This document shows, piece after piece, positions 49,101 through 57,157 of a stretch of 64,000 bases of DNA. Location: positions 12,041 to 76,040 of the forward strand of contig CAUQVG010000002.1 in the NCBI GenBank assembly GCA_963521685.1, written 5' to 3'. The position numbers and the translations under genes were made by a program. Under the pieces are notes generated by a model. That model was given only the letters and a program-made list of their open reading frames with translations. It was not told where the DNA came from and made no database searches. The stretch comes from an uncultured Selenomonas sp. GTDB lineage: Bacteria; Bacillota; Negativicutes; Selenomonadales; Selenomonadaceae. Positions within the stretch are counted from its first letter, which is position 1. Each line of letters opens with the position of its first letter.

Positions 49101-49327
49101 TGACATCCTTTGCCTTTATCATCGGCTGTCTGCCGCTGTGTATGGCATCCGGTGCCGGAGCTGCAGCGCGTAACGGCATGGGTGTTGCCGTTGTCGGGGG
49201 CATGCTCTTTGCCACCATTCTCGGTATCTTCCTCATCCCCGTGTTCTACGTCATTGTTGACCGCATCGCACGGATGCTTGGCGTCAGCAAGAAGGCAAAG
49301 ACACGCACTGCGGATGATTACATGTAA
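46136..49327 (+). CDS. RND efflux permease, HAE1/AcrB family
   Basis: FFIHRPIFA, GLVVDDAIVVIEN, KNAILIVEFA, RLRPILMT. Confidence 0.96.
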   Translation: MAKFFIHRPIFAIVIAVMIVIVGTIAGFSLPIAQYPQISPPTVAVSANYVGASAAVVNETVAQVIEEQINGTQGMDYMSSTSDDTGRYSLSVTFEVGTDGDMDAVKVQNNAAGANASLPSSVQAAGVTTRKSSGQMAYFVSMYSEDGTYDRAFMKNYATLYFLDAIKRVNGVGEVQVFGADYAMRVWMNPDRLAELGLTVADITTAINEQNVQAPAGTVGGMPTVNGQEKQFTGKVQGRLTTPEEFGNVIIASGKDGTFVRLKDVARIETGERSNNIVAKFNGYPAVGFGIQLTSDANAMTTLAEVRKILEDAEKTFPPGLKMKSVFDSTDYINASITEVVHTFLEALLLVVLVIFIFLQSWRATLIPLLAVPVSLIGTFGAFVLLDFSINTLTLFAMVLAIGLVVDDAIVVIENVEHHMESGLSPVDATERAMNEVQGPVVAIAFVLAAVFVPVAFLGGMMGVLYKQFALTIAISMALSAFVALTLTPALCAMMLKPKKENEKKGILGRFFDKFNNWFDRTRKGYVGIVTNFIRKSKLAVIFLLLVCGLTAIIYRNLPTTFVPEEDQGYLMIAIQLPPGTSTNQTQKTVDKIQQAAQREIKGQSAVMSINGFDILAGGANSNGAVVFVGMKDWSQRTSLYESVAAAVGTMFRVGAMEAPEALVVAINPPALPGLGNVGGWSLQLQDMSGHSDTELNDIVNAILAEANTRSELRGVRSTFKINAPSYQYEIDREKVKNLGVQLSDVFTALQVNFGGYEVNDFNQFGRTYKVVLQSDVLYRTEAEAAKFVFVRNSQGGMVPLDTLLKPKLTTGPTQISRFNGARSITFQGSSGSGYSSGEAMAAITEIVQKHAGSGFNIEWSGQSREEQKSADSTMQVLALALVFVFLCLAALYESWSVPFAVLFTVPTGIFGALFSEYILALIFGTIGIPAAGYQNSVYMQIGVIMVIGLAAKNAILIVEFAKVRVDRGMDPLKAAIQAAGLRLRPILMTSFAFIIGCLPLCMASGAGAAARNGMGVAVVGGMLFATILGIFLIPVFYVIVDRIARMLGVSKKAKTRTADDYM

Positions 49328-49345
49328 GAGATCATCAGACATATG

Positions 49346-49383
49346 AAAAGACCTCTCTGCAGATTTCTGCAGAGAGGTCTTTT
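49346..49383. terminator. Bidirectional terminator
   Basis: AAAAGACCTCTCTGCAGA-TT-TCTGCAGAGAGGTCTTTT. Confidence 0.85.
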
Positions 49384-49388
49384 ATGTT

Positions 49389-49721
49389 CTATGGAATAAA
49401 TATAAATTGAATCAGAGTCATATAGACTGCGGTGCCGCCACCAATGGAGAGGAGCATCTGGCGGAATTTGAGATGCAGCAGCACTGTTGCAATGATGCCG
49501 GTAATTTCTGGCAGGCCATGGCTGCCGTTCAGAAAAGAGGTGTCTTTGAGACAGTAGATGATGAGCATCCCAAAGACCGCAGCAGGGAGGACATTGCCGA
49601 GGTAGCAGACGATGGGCGGTGTCGGCTTCTTCTCTGAGAGGAGAAGGAAAGGCAGTGCTCGTGTGAGTACACTCGCAAGAGCACAAAGACCAATGGTGAT
49701 GCATTCCTCCGGGAAACTCAT
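49389..49721 (-). CDS. azlD: AzlD branched-chain amino acid export subunit
   Basis: TRALPF, YLGNVLPAA, LLSIGGGT. Confidence 0.88.
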   Translation of the reverse strand: MSFPEECITIGLCALASVLTRALPFLLLSEKKPTPPIVCYLGNVLPAAVFGMLIIYCLKDTSFLNGSHGLPEITGIIATVLLHLKFRQMLLSIGGGTAVYMTLIQFIFIP

Positions 49722-50428
49722 GCTGTCGTCCTCCCCTCAATGAGCGGGCGTGCGGCGAGGCAGCCTGTGAGAATGATGAGCATGGACGGAATCATAAATG
49801 CATCTCTGCCGAAGATTATGAGAGAAGCACCTGCTGCGGCAAGTCCGAGGATGCCTGTATAGTGCTGCGGATCGTTCAGCCACTGTTCCAAAAAGATGAC
49901 GACAAAGAGTGCCGTCATCGCAAACTCGATGCCCTCTGTATTGATGGGGAGGCTTGCACCGACGAGACCTCCGATGGTCGCGCCTGTAACCCAATAGATC
50001 TGGTTCAGCAAGGTTACGAAGAACATAAACCAGCCTGCGTCAATGTTCTGCGGGATCTTTGCCGTATAGTTGATCGAGAAGGACTCATCGCACATGCCAT
50101 AGATAAGATAGGACTTCTTCCAGCCCGTGCCGCGGTACTTTTCAAACATTGAGATCCCGTAGAAGATATGACGTGCCTGAACCATGAATGCGAGGAGGAA
50201 GGTTTGGAGCGGTGCAAACGGACTGAGGAGGAGTGCCGTTGCAATGAATTCGAGTGAGCCGCCGAAAATGAGGGCACTCATCGCCATCGGATACCAGAAC
50301 GAGAATCCTGAGACATTTGTATAGATGCCGTAGGCAAGCCCGAGAAAGAGAAATCCTGCGAAAATTGGGGCGGTGTAGGGGAAAGCAGCGCGCAGGGCTG
50401 CGAGGTGTGGGGACCCCGTGCTCCTCAT
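49718..50428 (-). CDS. azlC: AzlC branched-chain amino acid export permease
   Basis: AAFPYTAPI, FGGSLEF, RHIFYG, DESF, GIEFAMTALF. Confidence 0.9.
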   Translation of the reverse strand: MRSTGSPHLAALRAAFPYTAPIFAGFLFLGLAYGIYTNVSGFSFWYPMAMSALIFGGSLEFIATALLLSPFAPLQTFLLAFMVQARHIFYGISMFEKYRGTGWKKSYLIYGMCDESFSINYTAKIPQNIDAGWFMFFVTLLNQIYWVTGATIGGLVGASLPINTEGIEFAMTALFVVIFLEQWLNDPQHYTGILGLAAAGASLIIFGRDAFMIPSMLIILTGCLAARPLIEGRTTA

Positions 50429-50982
50429 GCTTTGCTCCAATCGCATTCATCTGTATGTGCAGCCAGTACGCCGATGGCCTGCAGTGTTGAGTAGATGCAG
50501 GTTGAGCCAACAAACCTCATGCCGCGCCGCTTGAGGTCCTTGGAGATTTCATCCGAGAGCGGGGACGTTGTTCGCAGTTCGCAGCTCTCGCGGACACTTT
50601 TCCCTCCGGTAAATCCCCAGATATAGCGGTCAAATGATCCGAACTCACGCGCGATCTCGAGAAATATGCGGGAATTTATAATGCTTGCCTCGATTTTGCG
50701 GCGGTTGCGGATAATCCCGGCATCCTGCATCAGCTCTTCAATTTTTGCTGTATCAAAGGCGGCAACCCGCTCGGGGATAAACCCCTCGTAGGCGCGTCGG
50801 AAGTTTTCGCGTTTGTGCAGAATTGTCGCCCATGACAGACCCGCCTGAAATGTCTCGAGGATAAAGAGCTCGTAGAGGGCACGTTCGTCATGGAGCGGCT
50901 GTCCCCATTCCTCGTCATGGTATTTTACATAGACAGGGTCATTCAGTTTGACCCAGCTGCATCGCTTGCGTTCATGTCCCAT
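50425..50982 (-). CDS. tag: DNA-3-methyladenine glycosylase I
   Basis: RCSW, YHDEEWG, FQAGLSW, IIRNRRKI, H...C. Confidence 0.96.
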   Translation of the reverse strand: MGHERKRCSWVKLNDPVYVKYHDEEWGQPLHDERALYELFILETFQAGLSWATILHKRENFRRAYEGFIPERVAAFDTAKIEELMQDAGIIRNRRKIEASIINSRIFLEIAREFGSFDRYIWGFTGGKSVRESCELRTTSPLSDEISKDLKRRGMRFVGSTCIYSTLQAIGVLAAHTDECDWSKA

Positions 50983-51000
50983 AGTTCAGCTCCTTGAAAT

Positions 51001-51031
51001 AAAAATGCCGGTATCCCCTGTGGACTCCGGC
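51001..51031 (-). terminator. Terminator of the variant tRNA gene
   Basis: Minus strand GCCGG...CCGGC followed by ATTTTT. Confidence 0.65.
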
Positions 51032-51048
51032 TCATATGCGTATGAAGA

Positions 51049-51125
51049 TGGTCGGAATGACAGGATTCGAACCTGCGGCCTCATTGTCCTGAACGATGCG
51101 CGCTGCCAAGCGGTGCCACATCCCG
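51049..51125 (-). tRNA. Variant or pseudo tRNA: tRNA-Pro body with CAG anticodon (probably derived from tRNA-Pro(CGG))
   Basis: CGGGATGTGGCACCGCTTGGCAGCGCGCATCGTTCAGGACAATGAGGCCGCAGGTTCGAATCCTGTCATTCCGACCA; C1-G72, A73, CCA; mismatches in D and anticodon stems. Confidence 0.85.
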
Positions 51126-51136
51126 ATATGGACAGT

Positions 51137-51165
51137 ATTTTATCGATCTTTCCTGCCCCTGTCAA
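51137..51165 (-). promoter_or_regulatory. Near-consensus sigma70 promoter of the variant tRNA
   Basis: TTGACA-17 bp-TAAAAT on the minus strand. Confidence 0.8.
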
Positions 51166-51368
51166 GCGTTATCCGGCGGTGGATTGTATGTCTCGTACTG
51201 CGCGTTACAGCGTTTCTCTGTGCGGCCGGCAGCGGCATGGAGTCCCGTGAGCGCCGAGAAAGGAGCAAACTGTCCCGCACGATCCCGCAGTGACATCGGC
51301 GGATGCGTCTTTGATACGTGGCGCGGCAGATGAATGATGTCCGCATAGTCCTGAATCGTTCGCTGCAT
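51162..51368 (-). CDS. YolD-like accessory protein of the Y-family polymerase (short, possibly truncated)
   Basis: YADIIHLP.HVS..HPPMS..DRAGQFAPFSALTG motif; GGAG RBS right after the umuC-like gene. Confidence 0.75.
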   Translation of the reverse strand: MQRTIQDYADIIHLPRHVSKTHPPMSLRDRAGQFAPFSALTGLHAAAGRTEKRCNAQYETYNPPPDNA

Positions 51369-51377
51369 ATCTTCCTC

Positions 51378-52901
51378 CTAGGCCTTATGTCCGCCGATTT
51401 GGCTGTTGCGCAGACGCGCTGTCGCCCCCTCAACGAGGTTGGCTGCGCGCAGGATGGCGTTCTTTCCATATGTCTTTTTGATATGAATGAGTGCTTCATG
51501 GAGTGATTTTTCTTTTTCCTGTACTGCTTTTTCTGCTGATGAAAGAGGTCTTTGTTCCGTCTCCTCTGCGGAGAAAAGACACATCTGCTCCGCGGCAGAG
51601 GCGCGCTGCTCCTCCGTCATCAGATGATGTGCGGAGATGGTGATGCGCCGGATGAGAAGTGTGGGAGTGATGATCTCATCATACAGAGCAGTCACCGCAT
51701 TCATAACGGCATGGGGCAGTGCTCCGCGCTCAATGAACACTCTGCCGTGCGCCGGCCACGGAACACGCCTTCCGTAACGGTCTGTGCGGATACGTCCGTG
51801 ATAGGCGGTGCGGATCTCGGGACGGATCAGTGACTCGGTGTCGTAGCCAATCGTCAGCTCCAGCCGGTCGCTCGTGAGACGTTTCTCTGCGAGTTCAATG
51901 GCGATTGCATCTGCCATCTCCCAGACAGCGAGGCGGGCTTTTGCGGCGGTGTACGGCATTTGAAGCACCTGTCCCATGTGCATACTGCGCGATTTTGGCC
52001 GGTATTTTTTGATGTCCTCCATGCGGGCGGACTCAAAGCCCCATGCATGGTCAATCAGGAGTTCTGCCTGAATGCCGAAGAGGCGGTAGAGGAGACCCTC
52101 GTTGTGCCGCTCATTCGGCTTACCGAGGGAACAGCGCGCGATATCTCCCATCGTATAGAGCCCGTTCTCCTCCAGTTTTCGCGCATAGCCTCGTCCGACC
52201 CGCCAAAAATCCGTGAGCGGGCGATGTGCCCAGAGGCGCTGTCGGTAGCTCATCTCGTTCAGTTCCGCAATGCGAACACCGTCAGCATCCGCCGGCATAT
52301 GCTTTGCAACGATATCCATCGCAGCTTTGGCGAGATAGAGATTCGTGCCGATTCCGGCCGTTGCAGTAATCCCTGTTTCACGCAGGACATCACGGATCAG
52401 ACGTATGGTAAAATCATGTGCGGAGATGTGTTCGGTATGCAGATAGCTTGTTGCGTCGATGAATACCTCATCGATGGAGTAGATGTGAATGTCCGCCGGT
52501 GCGATGCGGCGCAGGTAAACCTCGTAGATGCGCATGCTGTACTCCATATAGAGTGCCATGCGCGGAGGTGCGACGTGGTAGGCGATGGCAAGGGCGGGAT
52601 TTGCTGCGAGTTCCTCCGCATCTGTCGTTTCGCCTGTGAGTCTCCTCTGCGGAACGCGGAGACGGCGGCGTGCATTTGCCTGATCGACCGCACGGATTAC
52701 CTCGAAGAGCCGCGGCCGTCCGCCGATGCCGTGTGCCTTGAGTGCAGGAGAGACAGCGAGGCAGATCGTCTTGCTCGTACGGCTCTCGTCCGCGACGACG
52801 AGGTGTGTGGTCAGCGGATTGAGTCCGCGTTCGAGACATTCGACGGAGGCATAGAAAGCCTTGAGATCAATGGCGATATAGATGCGCCCGCTCATCATCA
52901 T
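51378..52901 (-). CDS. Y-family (UmuC/DinB-like) translesion DNA polymerase
   Basis: AIDLKAFYASVE, YSIDEVFID, GIGTNLYLAK, RNSQIGGH. Confidence 0.93.
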   Translation of the reverse strand: MMMSGRIYIAIDLKAFYASVECLERGLNPLTTHLVVADESRTSKTICLAVSPALKAHGIGGRPRLFEVIRAVDQANARRRLRVPQRRLTGETTDAEELAANPALAIAYHVAPPRMALYMEYSMRIYEVYLRRIAPADIHIYSIDEVFIDATSYLHTEHISAHDFTIRLIRDVLRETGITATAGIGTNLYLAKAAMDIVAKHMPADADGVRIAELNEMSYRQRLWAHRPLTDFWRVGRGYARKLEENGLYTMGDIARCSLGKPNERHNEGLLYRLFGIQAELLIDHAWGFESARMEDIKKYRPKSRSMHMGQVLQMPYTAAKARLAVWEMADAIAIELAEKRLTSDRLELTIGYDTESLIRPEIRTAYHGRIRTDRYGRRVPWPAHGRVFIERGALPHAVMNAVTALYDEIITPTLLIRRITISAHHLMTEEQRASAAEQMCLFSAEETEQRPLSSAEKAVQEKEKSLHEALIHIKKTYGKNAILRAANLVEGATARLRNSQIGGHKA

Positions 52902-52980
52902 CCCTCCTTATGCATTAGTATAGCACGGATGTTTGTAAAATGTAAATAAAGGAATCCGGCCGAGGAGGCCTCGGCAGAAT

Positions 52981-53026
52981 AAAATCTGCACCAAGCTGAC
53001 GGACATCATTTTATCAACGACTTCTA
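52981..53026 (-). repeat. Decayed partial copy of one end of the 34307-34473 MITE
   Basis: About 39 of 47 positions match the reverse complement of 34307-34353 by manual alignment. Confidence 0.7.
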
Positions 53027-53086
53027 AAAAGGGAAAAGAGGGAAGGTGTCGAATCATCTTAAGCAAAGAGAAAAGGAGCGGAAATT

Positions 53087-54097
53087 ATGAAGATCATTGT
53101 CACGGGCGGTGCCGGATTTATTGGAGCGAACTTTGTTTACCATGAACTGCGTGAACATCCGGAGGATCGGATCATTTGCTGCGATGCGCTGACCTATGCG
53201 GGCAACATTGCAACACTTGATCGGGCGATGGAGCATCCGCAGTTCTCCTTCGTGCGCGCCGATATTGCTGACCGTGCGGCCGTCTATACACTCTTTGAAC
53301 GCGAGAAGCCGGACATTGTGGTCAACTTTGCGGCAGAGTCCCACGTGGACCGCTCCATTGAGAATCCGGAGATCTTCCTGCAGACGAACATCATCGGGAC
53401 AAGCGTTCTGCTCGATGCCTGTCGAAGATATGGAATCAAGCGCTTTCACCAGGTGTCGACGGACGAGGTTTACGGCGACCTGCCGCTCGATCGCCCTGAT
53501 CTCCTCTTTACGGAGGAGACACCCCTCCATGCATCGAGTCCGTACTCCTCATCCAAGGCGGCGGCGGATCTCCTCGTGCAGGCGTACGCCCGCACCTACG
53601 GCGTGCCCGTCACAATCTCGCGCTGCTCAAACAACTACGGCGCGTTTCAGTTCCCGGAGAAACTCATTCCGCTCATGATCATCCGCGCCATGCAGGGGGA
53701 AAAACTGCCCGTCTACGGCGACGGACTGAATGTCCGTGACTGGCTGCATGTGGACGATCACTGCGCGGCCATCGACCTCATCATGCGCCGCGGAACAGAG
53801 GGTGAGGTCTACAATGTCGGCGGGCACAACGAACGATCGAATATTGAGGTTGTCCGAATAATTCTCAAGGTGCTGGGCAGAGGGGAGGATCAGATTTCCT
53901 ACGTCGAAGACCGTAAGGGGCATGATCGGCGCTATGCGATCGATCCGTCAAAGATCGGGCGCGAACTCGGCTGGTCTCCCGCAACGAAATTTGATGACGG
54001 CATACAGACGACGATCGCATGGTATCGGGCACATGAGGATTGGTGGAGCGGCATCCTGAGCAAGGCCTATGAAAAACGCAACGCAGAGTATAGATAG
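53087..54097 (+). CDS. rfbB: dTDP-glucose 4,6-dehydratase
   Basis: TGGAGFIG, AAESHVDRSI, STDEVYG, YSSSK, RKGHDRRY. Confidence 0.96.
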   Translation: MKIIVTGGAGFIGANFVYHELREHPEDRIICCDALTYAGNIATLDRAMEHPQFSFVRADIADRAAVYTLFEREKPDIVVNFAAESHVDRSIENPEIFLQTNIIGTSVLLDACRRYGIKRFHQVSTDEVYGDLPLDRPDLLFTEETPLHASSPYSSSKAAADLLVQAYARTYGVPVTISRCSNNYGAFQFPEKLIPLMIIRAMQGEKLPVYGDGLNVRDWLHVDDHCAAIDLIMRRGTEGEVYNVGGHNERSNIEVVRIILKVLGRGEDQISYVEDRKGHDRRYAIDPSKIGRELGWSPATKFDDGIQTTIAWYRAHEDWWSGILSKAYEKRNAEYR

Positions 54098-54178
54098 TCA
54101 GCACGGATGCACCATCAAATTCAATCTTGACAAGTTTTCTCCTTTTCGCTATACTACCCTTTGTCAGCGCGAAAGCGC

Positions 54179-54254
<76 letters not shown>

Positions 54255-54353
54255 TATCGGCATACAGCAGATGCGAGTATCTTGCATCTGTTTTTTGTTG
54301 TGTTCATGCACGAAAAAACCGCATTGCCAAACGGCAATGCGGTCGATCTTCAA

Positions 54354-54430
<77 letters not shown>

Positions 54431-54432
54431 AA

Positions 54433-54509
54433 TGGTCGGGATGACAGGATTCGAACCTGCGGCCCTCTGGTCCCAAACCAGATGCGCTACCAAGCTGCGC
54501 CACATCCCG
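54433..54509 (-). tRNA. tRNA-Pro(TGG)
   Basis: CGGGATG/CATCCCG, loop TT-TGG-GA, CCA; TTGACT/TATAAT promoter upstream. Confidence 0.97.
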
Positions 54510-54593
54510 ATACCGCACTATTATAATGAGCGGCAGAGAAAAAGTCAACATCGGTGCATGCTTTGGGAGATACGAGGCTTTTACATCAGATCT

Positions 54594-56021
54594 CTACTCT
54601 CTGGAAGAGCCCTCTGTGAAAAATTTTGCAAGTGGACGTGTGTCGGGTCTATGTGTATGGAAATGATCCAAGATCCAGTCGGTGCAAGGCGACTCTACAT
54701 GCACCTCAGGCGTTCCGAGCGGATCAAAGATCTCGAATGGAACAGCACTGTCAATTCGAAAACCGATGATGGACTCTTTCGTAAAACGCAGATGCTTCGC
54801 CTTCTCGTTTTCCGTCTTGTAATCAATCGCTGCTGTCGGAAGGATAAGCCCGGAATGCACCGTTATCTCGTAGAGACCCGTTTTCTTGTTTTCCAGTACG
54901 AGATTTAGTTCAGAGAGGGCGCTGTACCACATCAGATACTCTGCCACATACTTCGGGTAGCCGTCAACAGGGATGCCGTTGAGTGATTTGATGACATCGC
55001 CCTTTGACATCACTGCAAGTTCCGGATGCGTCTTGGTGTCGATTGTATCGATGATCCAGCGCGGCTTCTCCGGATGACCCTGAAGCGTAAAACCGTAATA
55101 CTTGGTCGGATAGAGATCCAGATAAACTGCCTGCGTAATATTGCTGACCGTATCCAGGGGATGAACATTTCCGGTCGGAGCGCCCCAGTAATCCCAATTC
55201 ACCCATGTTCCGGAAGGTTCTTCACGAAATGTGACATAGTGCACCTCTTCCCGAGAAAGCGGCGGATGCGTGGCAAAGGTAGGCAGGTCTCCCACATCCG
55301 AATAGATGAACTTATTCGATGTTTTTGGGCGTCCGCTCGGGTGGTGTGCATTTGTTCGGTACGCGACTGCTTCGCGCAGTTCATCCGCAGGCATACCGGG
55401 GAAAAAGACACTGTACATTGGTCCGTAGGCAGGGCATTCATCGATTGACAACGCGAGCCAGCGCGGAATTTTTTTAACCAGAGCAGAGATGTCAACACGC
55501 CACATATGCCCGCTTGGCGTATAGAAATAGGCGTTTACTTTCCCTCTTTTTGCCGGATCTTCGAGCGCCGTCCAAAGAGTGAGATCATCGACACGATACC
55601 AGTAATCGGTATAATCCTTGGATGGGCGGGTCATGATCTCTGCTGCCGGGACAGGAGTCAGTTCAAATGCCGTGTCCTCCTTCGTCCCGATTGTGAGGCG
55701 CGGAACAGTTCCGTCGCTGCCGGTTTCATCCTGTACATGAAAAAGGTACTCAACTGTGTCGTTCTTATGGATTTCCTGCAGTTCATAAGATCCGTAATAA
55801 TAGGGAAGGATACGCAGGAATTTCGTGCGAACATCGCCTTGCTTAGCAACGCCCCAGATATCACTGCGTTGTTCGCGGTGGATTTCATTGCCGCGCGCCT
55901 GTGGTTCTTTCCAACTCACTCGATAGGGATCATCTGTTTTTTCTGCAGCTGCCGCGACAGAGAATGTTGCCGCAAAAAATAGAACGGCTGCAGTGAACAG
56001 GCGAAAGACGTGTGTTATCAT
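54594..56021 (-). CDS. Secreted hypothetical protein with a possible C-terminal PDZ-like segment
   Basis: Signal peptide ending AAAA; SKGDVIKSLNGIPV resembles the PDZ GD.I..vnG motif. Confidence 0.7.
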   Translation of the reverse strand: MITHVFRLFTAAVLFFAATFSVAAAAEKTDDPYRVSWKEPQARGNEIHREQRSDIWGVAKQGDVRTKFLRILPYYYGSYELQEIHKNDTVEYLFHVQDETGSDGTVPRLTIGTKEDTAFELTPVPAAEIMTRPSKDYTDYWYRVDDLTLWTALEDPAKRGKVNAYFYTPSGHMWRVDISALVKKIPRWLALSIDECPAYGPMYSVFFPGMPADELREAVAYRTNAHHPSGRPKTSNKFIYSDVGDLPTFATHPPLSREEVHYVTFREEPSGTWVNWDYWGAPTGNVHPLDTVSNITQAVYLDLYPTKYYGFTLQGHPEKPRWIIDTIDTKTHPELAVMSKGDVIKSLNGIPVDGYPKYVAEYLMWYSALSELNLVLENKKTGLYEITVHSGLILPTAAIDYKTENEKAKHLRFTKESIIGFRIDSAVPFEIFDPLGTPEVHVESPCTDWILDHFHTHRPDTRPLAKFFTEGSSRE

Positions 56022-56061
56022 ATCCGAGCCGGCCTTTCCGTTTTGTTGTTTCGCTGCCTGC

Positions 56062-56799
56062 TTATTTCACAATATGCTTGCCGCCGAGGAAGCGCGGCTT
56101 CCAGTAGCTGTTCGAGAGCGTATCTACACGGACCCCTTTGCTCGTGGAGGCATGAATGAACTCCCCCTTGCCGAGATAGATGCCGCAGTGGGATGCGCCT
56201 TTTTCGTAAGTCTCAAAAAAGACGAGATCACCGGGGACCAGTTCCTTTGTGCTCTTTGTCCTGAGGCCGAGCTTATACTGCTCGTCCGCGGTGCGCGGGA
56301 TTGCAATTCCGTGCTTTTGGAACACATACTGGAGATAGCCGGAGCAGTCAAAGCCCTTCGGTGTTGCCCCTCCGAATACGTAGGGGGTTCCCATATATGC
56401 CTTTGCTGTCTTGATTACATCGGATACTTTACTGGCCGGCAGGATGGGCTTGCCGTTGGGGGCGAGCGGAAGGCCCTTCTCGGCGGGGGGCGGAACATCG
56501 ATCCCCCACGCACGCTGAGACGGCGCATTTTTCAGTGCGCGCCACGTGGCATTATTGACGACGCCTGTGATCTTGATCTTGTTATCGCGCTGGAACTCTG
56601 CAACCGCACGCTCTGTATCCTTGCCAAAGACCCCGTCGGCGTTCTTGATTTTATAGCCTGCGTTCTGGAGTGCCTGCTGCAGCACGAGAACATCATGACC
56701 GTGGGAGCCCGTGCGCAGAGTGGGGGATGCGAACGCCGTCCCGGCAGCAAGAACAAAGGCTATGCCAGTGCAGAGAATGAGGCGGGGCAGACGTTTCAT
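56062..56799 (-). CDS. NlpC/P60 cell-wall endopeptidase with PG-binding domain
   Basis: Signal; GHDVLVLQQAL...DGVFG..T..AV..FQ; PYVFGG..P.GFDCSG, SHCGIY, FIHAS. Confidence 0.94.
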   Translation of the reverse strand: MKRLPRLILCTGIAFVLAAGTAFASPTLRTGSHGHDVLVLQQALQNAGYKIKNADGVFGKDTERAVAEFQRDNKIKITGVVNNATWRALKNAPSQRAWGIDVPPPAEKGLPLAPNGKPILPASKVSDVIKTAKAYMGTPYVFGGATPKGFDCSGYLQYVFQKHGIAIPRTADEQYKLGLRTKSTKELVPGDLVFFETYEKGASHCGIYLGKGEFIHASTSKGVRVDTLSNSYWKPRFLGGKHIVK

Positions 56800-56825
56800 G
56801 ACAGATCATCCTTTCACTCTGTTGA

Positions 56826-57137
56826 TTAGGTGTGCTGGACGTGCTCGAGTCCCTGGCCAAGGAGCTTCAGCACGTGGTCGTCGTCGATCGAATAGAGTAC
56901 TTCTTTGCCGTCTCGGCGGAATTTCACCAGACGTGCAGTGCGGAGTACGCGCAGCTGATGAGAGATCGCGGACTGTCCCATATCGAGACCGTCTGCGATG
57001 TCGTATACGCGCAGCTCCTCCGCTGCGGCGAGCAGCGAGAGAATCTTGATACGGGTGGGGTCGCCGAGTGTTTTAAAGAGGTCGGCGAGATGTTGTGCCG
57101 TATCGGGATCAATGCATTTCAGGGGAGCAGCAGACAT
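56826..57137 (-). CDS. ArsR/SmtB family metalloregulator
   Basis: FKTLGDPTRIKI, QSAISHQLRVLR, DDHV...EHVQH alpha5 site. Confidence 0.93.
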   Translation of the reverse strand: MSAAPLKCIDPDTAQHLADLFKTLGDPTRIKILSLLAAAEELRVYDIADGLDMGQSAISHQLRVLRTARLVKFRRDGKEVLYSIDDDHVLKLLGQGLEHVQHT

Positions 57138-57157
57138 TCTTCAGTAGATCCTTTCCT

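Noticed and set aside
44933..49327. RND pump without an outer-membrane factor
   Set aside because: An unlinked tolC is common (as for acrAB), so this is not informative.
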